A stretch of 64,000 nt of DNA from Gemmatimonadales bacterium. GTDB lineage: Bacteria > Gemmatimonadota > Gemmatimonadetes > Gemmatimonadales > JACORV01. Every line of letters starts with the position of its first letter. The stretch's first letter is position 1. This document shows positions 56,382 through 64,000 of the stretch, in pieces. The position numbers and the translations under genes were made by a program. The stretch spans positions 548 to 64,547 of the forward strand of contig JAUYOW010000214.1 of NCBI GenBank assembly GCA_030697825.1. Direction: 5' to 3'. Below the pieces are notes generated by a model. That model saw nothing but the letters and a program-made list of their open reading frames with translations, made no database searches and had not been told where the DNA came from.

Positions 56382-56917
56382 GCCTGCGCAACATCCATCT
56401 CTTCGGCTCGCCGGTCCTCCGGCAGCGCTCCCCCGAGATCACCACGGTGGACGACGAGGTGCGCACTCTCATCGCCGACCTCTTCGAGACGATGCGCTTC
56501 TCCAAGGGCGTCGGCCTCGCGGCCAACCAGGTCGGCCTCGCCCGGCGCGTTGCGGTGGTGGAGACCGACGAGCAGCACTCGTACGCGCTCGTCAACCCGG
56601 TCATACTCGAGCGCCAGGGCTCGGTGAAGGACGAGGAAGGCTGCCTCTCCATTCCCGACATCTATGGCGACCTTGAGCGGGCCGAGCGCGTGGTGTGCGA
56701 GGCGGGGGACGAGAACGGCGTGCGCCGGCGCATCGAGGGCACGGGGCTCCTCGCCCGCGCGATCCAGCACGAGATAGACCACCTCGACGGCATCCTCTTC
56801 CTCGACCGGGTGGGGCCGTTCAAGCGGCGGCGCCTGATCAAGGACTGGGAGAAGGGCCGCAAGGGGCAGACCGGCTACATCAAGGAGCTCGCGGCCGAGG
56901 GCGCGGCGCAGGGCTGA
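56378..56917 (+). CDS. def: peptide deformylase
   Basis: GVGLAANQVG, EGCLSIP, QHEIDHL. Confidence 0.95.
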   Translation: MSLRNIHLFGSPVLRQRSPEITTVDDEVRTLIADLFETMRFSKGVGLAANQVGLARRVAVVETDEQHSYALVNPVILERQGSVKDEEGCLSIPDIYGDLERAERVVCEAGDENGVRRRIEGTGLLARAIQHEIDHLDGILFLDRVGPFKRRRLIKDWEKGRKGQTGYIKELAAEGAAQG

Positions 56918-56940
56918 GCCCGGCCAACGCAGAGGTTTCC

Positions 56941-57876
56941 GTGCGGGTCCTCTTTTTCGGCACTCCGGAGTTCGCCGTCCCCTCGCTCTTGGCGCTCTTG
57001 GGCGAAGGGTTCGACGTCGTCGGCGTCGTGACCCGCCCCGACCAGCCGACCGGCCGCCACCGCTCGAAGGCCTCGCCATCATCGGTCAAGATCGCGGCGC
57101 TCGCCGAGGAGATCCCCGTGCTCCAGCCCGACCGCCCTTCGGCCGACGAGTTCCTCGCCGAAGTCGCGGGCTTGGCGCCGGACATTTCGGCGGTGGTGGC
57201 CTACGGTCATATCCTGCCGGAGCGGCTGCTGAGCGTCCCGCGGCTCGGCTCGGTGAACATCCACGCCTCGCTGCTGCCCGCGCTGCGCGGCGCCGCGCCG
57301 ATCCAGCGCGCCATCCTGAAGGGATTCACCGAGACGGGCGTGACCATCATACAGATGGACGCCGGTATGGACACCGGCCCGATCCTGCACCGGGTCACGA
57401 CACCCATTCTCTCCGACGAGACCGGCGGTGAGCTTTCGGTGCGGCTCGCGGAGATGGGCGCGCTGGCCCTGGTCGAGGCGCTTACGCTGATGGAGGAGAC
57501 GGGCCTGACGCCCCAGCCGCAGGATGGCGCGCAAGCGACCTACGCTCCCAAGCTGACGCGGGAAGAAGAGCGGATCGACTGGCGCTCGGGCGAGGGGGGG
57601 GGGGCCGAAGCAGTGACGCGCCGCATCCGCGCCTTCGATCCCACCCCCGGCGCGTGGACGGAGTGCCGCGGTCTTGCCATCAAGCTCTTCGGTGCTCGCG
57701 CCGCGGAGGGCAACGGCAAGCCCGGCGAGGTGCTGGTTGCCGGCGAGCTGCTGCGGATAGCGTGCGGCGGGGGCTCCGTCGAGGTGAGCGACGTGCAACC
57801 GGCCGGCCGCGCGCGGATGAGCGTGAAGGCGTTCGTGAACGGACGCGGCGTGGCGAAGGGAGACGTGCTGGCATGA
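56941..57876 (+). CDS. fmt: methionyl-tRNA formyltransferase
   Basis: VRVLFFGTPEFAVPSL...VVTRPDQPTGR, NIHASLLPALRGAAPIQRAI. Confidence 0.9.
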   Translation: MRVLFFGTPEFAVPSLLALLGEGFDVVGVVTRPDQPTGRHRSKASPSSVKIAALAEEIPVLQPDRPSADEFLAEVAGLAPDISAVVAYGHILPERLLSVPRLGSVNIHASLLPALRGAAPIQRAILKGFTETGVTIIQMDAGMDTGPILHRVTTPILSDETGGELSVRLAEMGALALVEALTLMEETGLTPQPQDGAQATYAPKLTREEERIDWRSGEGGGAEAVTRRIRAFDPTPGAWTECRGLAIKLFGARAAEGNGKPGEVLVAGELLRIACGGGSVEVSDVQPAGRARMSVKAFVNGRGVAKGDVLA

Positions 57877-58703
57877 TCGCCGCCCTGCCCCGCCTGCACG
57901 CCGTCACCGATGACCGCGTGATCGGCGAAGGGCGCGTGGTGGAGCGCGTCGCCGTCATGGCGGCGGCGGCAGGTCCCGCGCTCGCGCTGCACGTCAGGGC
58001 GCGCGCGCTTGAGGGGCGGCCGTTGCTGGCGCTGGCGCGAGCGGTGAAAGAGGCGTGCGCGGAGCGTGGCGCGTGGTGCGTGGTGAACGGTCGGGCGGAT
58101 GTGGCTCGCGCGGCGGGGGCGCATGCCGTCGTGAGCGGGCGAACCGGGCTCTCGGTGCGAGACGTGAAGCGCGTGGCGCCATCCGCGATGGTCGGCCGCT
58201 CGGTGCACGACGACCACGAGGCGCGCGCCGCCGCGGCTGAAGCCGCCGACTTCCTGATCGCGGGCGCGGTGTACGCGACTCCGAGCCACCCGGACGCGTC
58301 GCCGGCGGGCCTCGGCTTGGTGCGTGAGGCGGCGGCGCACGGTAAGCCGGTGGTCGCCATCGGCGGCCTCACGCCCGAACGGACGCCCGAGGTCATCGCC
58401 GCCGGCGCGTGGGGCGTCGCCGCGATCCGCGCGCTATGGGACGCGGCCGATCCGGCCACGGCGGTCATGGCCTTCCTGGCAGCGCTCCCCGCGCCGAGCG
58501 GCATCGTCCTGGTGGTGAACGGCGAATCCCGCCGGGCGCGCGCGGGTAGTACCCTGGCGGACCTGCTCGGCGACCTTGGCCTCGACCCGCGGGCGGTTGT
58601 GGTCGAGCACAACCGGCATATCGTTCGGAGGGACTCGCTCGGCGCCACGCCGCTCGCCCAGGGCGACGCGATCGAGCTGGTCCATTTCGTAGGCGGTGGA
58701 TGA
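57873..58703 (+). CDS. thiE: thiamine-phosphate synthase ThiE with C-terminal ThiS sulfur-carrier domain (fusion)
   Basis: ATGA overlap with fmt. ThiE blocks LHAVTDD, ALHVRAR, VNGRADVA, GRSVH, AIGGL. The last 66 aa or so, IVLVVNGESR...GDAIELVHFVGGG-stop, form a ThiS-like beta-grasp ending in GG. Confidence 0.8.
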   Translation: MIAALPRLHAVTDDRVIGEGRVVERVAVMAAAAGPALALHVRARALEGRPLLALARAVKEACAERGAWCVVNGRADVARAAGAHAVVSGRTGLSVRDVKRVAPSAMVGRSVHDDHEARAAAAEAADFLIAGAVYATPSHPDASPAGLGLVREAAAHGKPVVAIGGLTPERTPEVIAAGAWGVAAIRALWDAADPATAVMAFLAALPAPSGIVLVVNGESRRARAGSTLADLLGDLGLDPRAVVVEHNRHIVRRDSLGATPLAQGDAIELVHFVGGG

Positions 58704-58718
58704 ACGCGTGAGGACCGC

Positions 58719-59522
58719 ATGACCACGACAGTTTCGGCGCCCGTCTTCCAGGACACCCCGTTCGAGGTCGGGGGGCGCTCGTTCCGTTCCCGGCTCCTGG
58801 TGGGCACCGGGAAGTACGCGGACAACGCGACCATGGTGCGCGCCATCGAGGCCTCCGGCGCGGAGGTGGTGACGGTGGCCGTTCGCCGCGTGAGCCTCGA
58901 CCGCACCAAAGAAGAGGGCGTCCTCCATCACCTCGACCCGTCGCGGTTCTTCCTGCTCGCCAACACCGCGGGCTGTTTCACGGCGGAGGACGCGATGCGT
59001 TACGCGCGGCTCGCGCGCGAGGCCGGGTTCAACGAGTTCATCAAGCTCGAGGTCATCGGCGACCAGCAGACTCTGCTGCCCGACGCGGCCGGCCTGCTCG
59101 AGGCTACGAAGCAGCTCGCGAAGGAAGGCTTCAAGGTGATGGCGTACACCAACGAGGACCTGATCACCGCGCTGCGCCTCGAGGATGCGGGGGCAGCGGC
59201 CGTGATGCCGCTCGCCTCGCCCATCGGCTCGGGGCTGGGCCTCCTCAACCCGTACCACATCCGGATCATCAAGTCGCGGCTCAAGTGCCCGGTGATCGTG
59301 GACGCGGGCGTGGGCACGGCGTCCGACGCGTGTGTCACGATGGAGCAGGGCGTGGACGGGATCCTGATGAACACTGCGATCGCCGCCGCGCGGGACCCGG
59401 TCGCGATGGCGCACGCGATGCGGCTCGCGACCGAATCGGGCCGCGCCGCGTACCTGGCCGGCCGGATGCCGCGCCGCGAGATCGCGGTGCCGTCGAGCCC
59501 CACGACGGGGATGCTCCAATAG
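58719..59522 (+). CDS. thiG: thiazole synthase
   Basis: LLVGTGKY, IKLEVIGD, VMPLASPIGSG, VDAGVG. Confidence 0.95.
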   Translation: MTTTVSAPVFQDTPFEVGGRSFRSRLLVGTGKYADNATMVRAIEASGAEVVTVAVRRVSLDRTKEEGVLHHLDPSRFFLLANTAGCFTAEDAMRYARLAREAGFNEFIKLEVIGDQQTLLPDAAGLLEATKQLAKEGFKVMAYTNEDLITALRLEDAGAAAVMPLASPIGSGLGLLNPYHIRIIKSRLKCPVIVDAGVGTASDACVTMEQGVDGILMNTAIAAARDPVAMAHAMRLATESGRAAYLAGRMPRREIAVPSSPTTGMLQ

Positions 59523-59524
59523 CC

Positions 59525-60148
59525 CTGTTCAAGCGCTCACGGGGCGCTGGGAAGCCGGCGCGCAAGGGCGGGATCGAACCGCCCGCCAAGCCCGCGGCCA
59601 AACCTCGCCGGAGTACCTCCGGCGGATCCGGGTGGCGAGCCCGCGCCAAGTGGGTCGCCTGGCTCGTCGCCGGTATCGCCGTGATGGCGGGGTCGGGCTA
59701 TCTTGTGGCCGCGCTCGTGCTCTTCCCGTCGCCGCTGCTGCCCAACGAGCGGAACGTGACGCGGGTGATCGGACTCGGCGCGGACGAAGCGCGGCAAGAG
59801 CTGCAGCAGAAGGGGCTATCGGTTGAGATCGCGGGAACCGAACCGCACCCGACCGCGGCGAGCGGCGCGATCATCTGGCAGGACCCGGCCGAGGGCACCG
59901 CGGTCCCGCGCGGCTCGGTGGTCAGGCTCACCGTCAGCGGTGGCCCGCCTCGGGTGATGGTGCCCGACGTGCGCGGCCTGGACCTCGACCTGGCGCAGCG
60001 TCTACTGAAGGCTGTCGGCCTCACCGTCGGCGCGGTGGACACCGTGGACGAGAAGGGCGCGATGTCCGGCGTCGCGGTGGGCACCGAGCCACCCGCGCGG
60101 GACAGTTTGGCGATGGGCCGGAGCGTGATCATCTATCTGTCGAGGTAG
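59525..60148 (+). CDS. membrane-anchored protein with two PASTA domains (5' end uncertain)
   Basis: Basic tail + TM WVAWLVAGIAVMAGSGYLVAALVLF. Two PASTA-like repeats (VTRVIGLGADEARQELQQKGLSV..., VMVPDVRGLDLDLAQRLLKAVGLTV...). The only start before the TM is CTG 59525. GTG 59681 and ATG 59684 fall inside the TM. Confidence 0.55.
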   Translation: MFKRSRGAGKPARKGGIEPPAKPAAKPRRSTSGGSGWRARAKWVAWLVAGIAVMAGSGYLVAALVLFPSPLLPNERNVTRVIGLGADEARQELQQKGLSVEIAGTEPHPTAASGAIIWQDPAEGTAVPRGSVVRLTVSGGPPRVMVPDVRGLDLDLAQRLLKAVGLTVGAVDTVDEKGAMSGVAVGTEPPARDSLAMGRSVIIYLSR

Positions 60149-60155
60149 CAGCCGC

Positions 60156-60842
60156 GTGACGATTCGCATCGCGCCCAGCATCCTCAGCGCCGACCTCGCC
60201 CATCTCATGGACGAGGTGGAGCGCGTGCTCGCGGGCGGCGCGGACCAGGTCCACCTGGACGTGATGGACGGGCGGTTCGTGCCCACCCTCACCTTCGGCG
60301 CGCCGGTGGTTCAGTCGCTGCGCCGCTTCACCGACGTGCCGCTGGACTGCCATCTGATGGTGGAGGATCCGGAGAACTACATCGGGCCGTTCGCGGATGC
60401 CGGCGCCACCTTCCTCACCATCCACGCGGAAGCGACGCGGCACCTGCAGCGGCATCTTTCGGAGATCAGAAAGCGCGGAATGAAAGCCGGCGTGGCGATC
60501 AACCCTGCGACGCCGCTCACCGCGATCGAGGAGGTCGTGGACGATATCGACCTGCTGCTCGTCATGTCGGTGAACCCCGGCTTCGGCGGCCAGAGGTTCT
60601 GGGAGCCGGCGGTGGAAAAGGTGGCGCGCGCGCGTACCATACTCGACCGCGTGGAGAGCGGGGCGCTGCTCGAAGTGGACGGCGGCGTGTCGCGCGAGAC
60701 GGTGGGCCGGCTCTCGGCGGCCGGGGCCGACACCTTCGTGGCGGGGAATGCGATATTCACGGTGCCGGACGCGGCGGCGGAAGTCCGCGAGCTGAGGCAC
60801 CTGGCCCAATCGGCCCGATCCGGGAAGGCGATGCGGGTATGA
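60156..60842 (+). CDS. rpe: ribulose-phosphate 3-epimerase
   Basis: IAPSILSADLAHL, HLDVMDG.FVP, VMSVNPGFGGQ.F, VDGG. Confidence 0.95.
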   Translation: MTIRIAPSILSADLAHLMDEVERVLAGGADQVHLDVMDGRFVPTLTFGAPVVQSLRRFTDVPLDCHLMVEDPENYIGPFADAGATFLTIHAEATRHLQRHLSEIRKRGMKAGVAINPATPLTAIEEVVDDIDLLLVMSVNPGFGGQRFWEPAVEKVARARTILDRVESGALLEVDGGVSRETVGRLSAAGADTFVAGNAIFTVPDAAAEVRELRHLAQSARSGKAMRV

Positions 60843-61372
60843 AGAAGCAGTGGATCATCGTGTTGGTCGTGGTGGGCGTGCTCACGGCCGGCGCCGTCAT
60901 GGCGGTGAAGCTCTCGCCCGACATCTTCCCGGTGGAAGTGGGCTCGCGCGCGCCGGACTTCACGGCCGCGGACCTCGCGACGGGCGACCCGGTGACGCTC
61001 GCGAGCTATCGCGGCCAGGTCGTGCTGTTGAACGTCTGGGCCACCTGGTGCGAGCCGTGCCGGATCGAGATGCCGTCCTTCGAGCGGCTCCATCAGGAGC
61101 TGGGCCCGCAGGGCCTCAGGATCGTTGCGGTCAGCATAGACGAGGCCGGCCCGGACGTGGTGCGCGAGTTCCAGCGGGAGTACGGGCTCACCTTCCAGAT
61201 CCTGCACGACCGCTCCCGCGCGATCGAGCGGACCTACCAGACGACGGGCGTGCCGGAGAGCTTCGTCCTGAACCGCGAGGGCCGCATCATGAAGAAGGTG
61301 ATCGGCGCGACGGAGTGGGACTCGCCCGTGAACAAGGACCTGATCCGCCGCCTCCTGGCGCAGCGCGGGTAG
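60839..61372 (+). CDS. TlpA/ResA-like periplasmic thiol:disulfide oxidoreductase
   Basis: N-terminal TM/signal. Thioredoxin motif WATWCEPC. Possibly relevant to cytochrome c maturation, but that is inference. Confidence 0.8.
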   Translation: MKKQWIIVLVVVGVLTAGAVMAVKLSPDIFPVEVGSRAPDFTAADLATGDPVTLASYRGQVVLLNVWATWCEPCRIEMPSFERLHQELGPQGLRIVAVSIDEAGPDVVREFQREYGLTFQILHDRSRAIERTYQTTGVPESFVLNREGRIMKKVIGATEWDSPVNKDLIRRLLAQRG

Positions 61373-61373
61373 C

Positions 61374-62033
61374 ATGAGCGGCATCCGCGAAGTCCTGTTC
61401 CGCCGTTGGCAGCTCAAGGTCGCGGCGGTCGCCCTCTCAGTCATCCTCTGGGTCCTGATCCAGGCCGAGGAGACCACGTCGCAACTGGTGAGCGTCGAGC
61501 TGGAGCTCGAGGTGCCGCCCACCCTTGCGCTGGCGCGGCCCGCGCCGCCCATCCGCGCGCTGGTGACCGGCCCCGGGCGCGAGCTGATCAAGCTCTACGC
61601 TGCGCCGGTCATCATCCACGCCGCCATTCCCGCGAACGCCACCGTCCCGCGCTACACCCTCGCCATCGCGCCGGGAGACATCCGCCTTCCGCGCAACGCC
61701 AAGGTGACCATCCAGGACGTGGAGCCGCGCGAGGTGGAGCTCGACATCGACCGCTTCGTGACGCGCAACGTGCGGGTCGCGCTGCGCGGCGTGGTGGAGG
61801 CGGAGTCGGGATTCGCGCTCTCCGGCCCGCTGGTCCTCACGCCGAACGAAGTGCGAGTGAGCGGCCCCCGCATGCTGGTGGCCGAGGTGGACTCCGTGGT
61901 GACCGAGCCGATCGAGGTTCGCGGGGTGACGGCGGCGTTCGAGCGAACGGTACTGCTGGATACGCTGCGCAGCCTCTACCTGCGGGTATCGCCGCGCGAA
62001 GTCGTGCTGTCGGGCCGGGTGCGGAAGTCGTGA
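61374..62033 (+). CDS. YbbR-like domain protein
   Basis: N-terminal TM (LKVAAVALSVILWVLI), followed by repeated beta-rich modules (...V.V.L.....P..V.V.G...). Weak assignment. Confidence 0.4.
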   Translation: MSGIREVLFRRWQLKVAAVALSVILWVLIQAEETTSQLVSVELELEVPPTLALARPAPPIRALVTGPGRELIKLYAAPVIIHAAIPANATVPRYTLAIAPGDIRLPRNAKVTIQDVEPREVELDIDRFVTRNVRVALRGVVEAESGFALSGPLVLTPNEVRVSGPRMLVAEVDSVVTEPIEVRGVTAAFERTVLLDTLRSLYLRVSPREVVLSGRVRKS

Positions 62034-63079
62034 TCCTTACTCCGATCACCGTGCTGGGCATCGAGACCTCCTGCGACGAGACGTCGGCGGCGGTAGTGCG
62101 CGGCGTGCCTGACGGCGACCGCGCCGAGTTGGCTTCGTGCGTCATCCTCTCGCAGGACGTGCACCACGTCTACCAGGGCGTCGTGCCGGAGCTGGCGTCG
62201 CGCGCGCATCTCAAGGCGGTGGGGCCGGTGGTGGACCGCGCGCTCGAGGACGCGAAGTACCAGCTCGATGACGTTGACCTCGTCGCGGTGACCGCCGGGC
62301 CGGGGCTCGTCGGAGCGCTCCTGGTGGGCGTGAGCTACGCCAAGGGCCTCGCGCTCGCGATGGAGAAGCCGCTGGTCGGCATCCATCACCTCGAGGCGCA
62401 CCTCTTCGGCACGGCGCTGGAGGATGTGGACGCCGCGCCGCCTTTCATCGGGCTCATCGTCTCGGGCGGCCACACGATGCTGCTGGACGTGGAGCGCTGG
62501 GGCCACTACCGCCTTCTGGGCGCTACCCGCGACGACGCGGTCGGCGAAGCGTTCGACAAGGTCGGTTCGCTCCTCGGTCTGGGCTTTCCCGGCGGGCCGG
62601 CCATCGAGCGCGAGGCCGCGAAGGGCGACCCCTCGCGCTACCGCTTCCCTCGGCCGATGCTCCACGGTGGCCAGAAACCGGGCGACAGCGACTACTTCGA
62701 TCTTTCGATGAGCGGCCTCAAGACGGCGGTCGTCTACGCCGTTCGCGGCGTGAAGGACCTCGACGCCGAGCGGCCGCACCTGGCGCGCGGCTTCCAGGAC
62801 GCCGTGATCGCCGTGCTGGTGGCGAAGGTGCTGCGCGCAGTGGAGCGGACCGGCCGTCCGCGCGTAGTGCTGGGCGGCGGGGTCGCGTGCAACGGCGCGC
62901 TCAAGCAGGCGCTCAGGGATGCGCTGAAGCAGCGCGGAGTGACGTTGCACTCGCCCACGCCGCGCATCGCCACCGACAACGCCGCGATGATCGCGCGCAC
63001 CGGCCTCTTCCGCGCCTCCGAAGCCGGCGGCGTGGTGGACGCCGAGGCGCGGCTTCCCTTCCCCGGCCTGGAGCAGTAG
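62030..63079 (+). CDS. tsaD: tRNA N6-adenosine threonylcarbamoyltransferase
   Basis: GTGA overlap. VLGIETSCDETSAAVV, GPGLVGALLVG, HHLEAH, SGGHT, GGVACN. Confidence 0.95.
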   Translation: MILTPITVLGIETSCDETSAAVVRGVPDGDRAELASCVILSQDVHHVYQGVVPELASRAHLKAVGPVVDRALEDAKYQLDDVDLVAVTAGPGLVGALLVGVSYAKGLALAMEKPLVGIHHLEAHLFGTALEDVDAAPPFIGLIVSGGHTMLLDVERWGHYRLLGATRDDAVGEAFDKVGSLLGLGFPGGPAIEREAAKGDPSRYRFPRPMLHGGQKPGDSDYFDLSMSGLKTAVVYAVRGVKDLDAERPHLARGFQDAVIAVLVAKVLRAVERTGRPRVVLGGGVACNGALKQALRDALKQRGVTLHSPTPRIATDNAAMIARTGLFRASEAGGVVDAEARLPFPGLEQ

Positions 63080-63087
63080 CAATGCCG

Positions 63088-63128
63088 CACCCCTACACCC
63101 CACACCCCACACCCGACACCCCGTCCCC
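63088..63128 (+). repeat. C-tract repeat (six C3-4 runs; G4-capable on the minus strand) filling the tsaD-lgt spacer
   Basis: CACCCCTACACCCCACACCCCACACCCGACACCCCGTCCCC runs right up to the lgt ATG (63129). No purine-rich SD. Confidence 0.85.
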
Positions 63129-63962
63129 ATGACCGTCTACCCGTTCCTCATCCACTTCGGCCGCTTCACCGTCACCGGCTACGGCATCATGATGATGTTC
63201 GCGTTCCTGGTGGCGGGATGGGTCTACGCCAGGGAGGTGGCGCGAGCCGGCATGGACCCGGCGATAGCGTGGGACAGCGTCGTGTTCGCGGTGATGGGGG
63301 GTCTCGCGGGCGGGAAGCTCTACTACGCCGCGCTGGTGGGAGACCCGAGGGCGCTGCTCTCGCGCGGCGGACTGGTTTGGTACGGAGGGTTTGCGGGCGG
63401 GCTGATCGCCGTCTTCGCCTACATGTGGTGGAAGAAGCTCCCAATCAGGCGGCTGCTCGACCTCATCTCGCCGGCGATGGTGGTGGGTTACATGCTCGGC
63501 CGGGTGGGGTGCTTCCTCGTCAACGACGACTACGGTCTGCCGACCGCGCTGCCGTGGGGGATGGAGTTCCCGCGCGGCGCGCCGCCTTCGACCGCCGGCG
63601 TGCTGGAGCAGCAGTTCCATCTCACCATGCCGCCGGGGACGCCCGCCGAGCAGGTGATGGCGGTGCACCCGACTCAACTGTACGAAGTGGCGCTGATGTT
63701 CCTCATCTTCTGGTATCTGTGGCGCATTCGCGAGCACCAGCACGGGGCGGGCTGGCTGTTCGGGCTCTACCTGGTGCTGTCGGCCGCGGAGCGGTTCCTG
63801 GTGGAGTTCCTGCGGGCCAAGGACGACCGGTTCTTCGCGCCGTTCACGCTGGCCCAGCTCTTCAGCGTCGGCGTGGTCCTGATCGGGGCATGGATGCTGC
63901 GCCGTTACGCACAGCCGGAGATGGCACTGAACGCTCCCCCGGCGCCCGCGCCGGTTGCGTAG
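63129..63962 (+). CDS. lgt: prolipoprotein diacylglyceryl transferase
   Basis: YGIMMMFAFLVAGW, GGKLYY, GRVGCFLVNDDYG, HPTQLYE. Confidence 0.9.
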   Translation: MTVYPFLIHFGRFTVTGYGIMMMFAFLVAGWVYAREVARAGMDPAIAWDSVVFAVMGGLAGGKLYYAALVGDPRALLSRGGLVWYGGFAGGLIAVFAYMWWKKLPIRRLLDLISPAMVVGYMLGRVGCFLVNDDYGLPTALPWGMEFPRGAPPSTAGVLEQQFHLTMPPGTPAEQVMAVHPTQLYEVALMFLIFWYLWRIREHQHGAGWLFGLYLVLSAAERFLVEFLRAKDDRFFAPFTLAQLFSVGVVLIGAWMLRRYAQPEMALNAPPAPAPVA

Positions 63963-64000
63963 ACCGCCGTTCGGATTTCGAACGCCCGCTGGCGGTGAAC

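Overview
High-GC (roughly 70% by eye), densely coded bacterial chromosomal window. I saw no rRNA, tRNA, CRISPR array, transposase or integrase. Gene content (GWxTD-domain proteins, a PorX-like receiver-PglZ regulator) hints at a Gemmatimonadota/FCB-like organism, but with low confidence. Two multihaem cytochrome loci dominate. Locus 1 (2-11915, + strand) is a translationally coupled operon: a bc-type cytochrome b (5' end cut by the window edge), a monohaem cytochrome c, an octahaem cytochrome c, an NrfC-like 4x[4Fe-4S] protein, an NrfD-like membrane subunit, a tetrahaem lipoprotein, a NapC/NirT-anchored cytochrome with 17 CXXCH plus 3 CX4CH, a predicted beta-barrel protein and a 16-haem cytochrome. 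It ends with its own PAS histidine kinase and sigma54-dependent response regulator. Locus 2 (29635-37995, - strand) sits behind a near-consensus -24/-12 promoter. It encodes a sensor kinase and a sigma54 response regulator whose ORF runs in frame, with no stop codon, into an 11-haem plus b-type membrane-domain (CbcL-like) cytochrome. A tandem paralogue of that cytochrome and a 13-haem lipoprotein cytochrome follow. By my count there are 81 CXXCH motifs in 8 proteins. I read these loci as a candidate porin-cytochrome, periplasm-spanning or extracellular electron-transfer system with dedicated sigma54 control. This is an inference from motifs and gene order, not from database hits. The rest is mostly housekeeping: argR-argG-argH, PBP1A, vapBC, a Ser/Thr kinase-FGE fusion, tyrS, a patatin-ferredoxin fusion, lpxL-like/msbA-like/PorX-like genes, yebC-ruvCAB, two tandem GWxTD proteins, queA-tgt-yajC-def-fmt, thiE::thiS-thiG, rpe, tsaD and lgt. 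A family of short G-rich/C-rich tandem and palindromic repeats lies in and around queA, tgt and lgt, including an in-frame palindromic insertion inside tgt. Several conserved genes lack a canonical start codon at the expected N-terminus.
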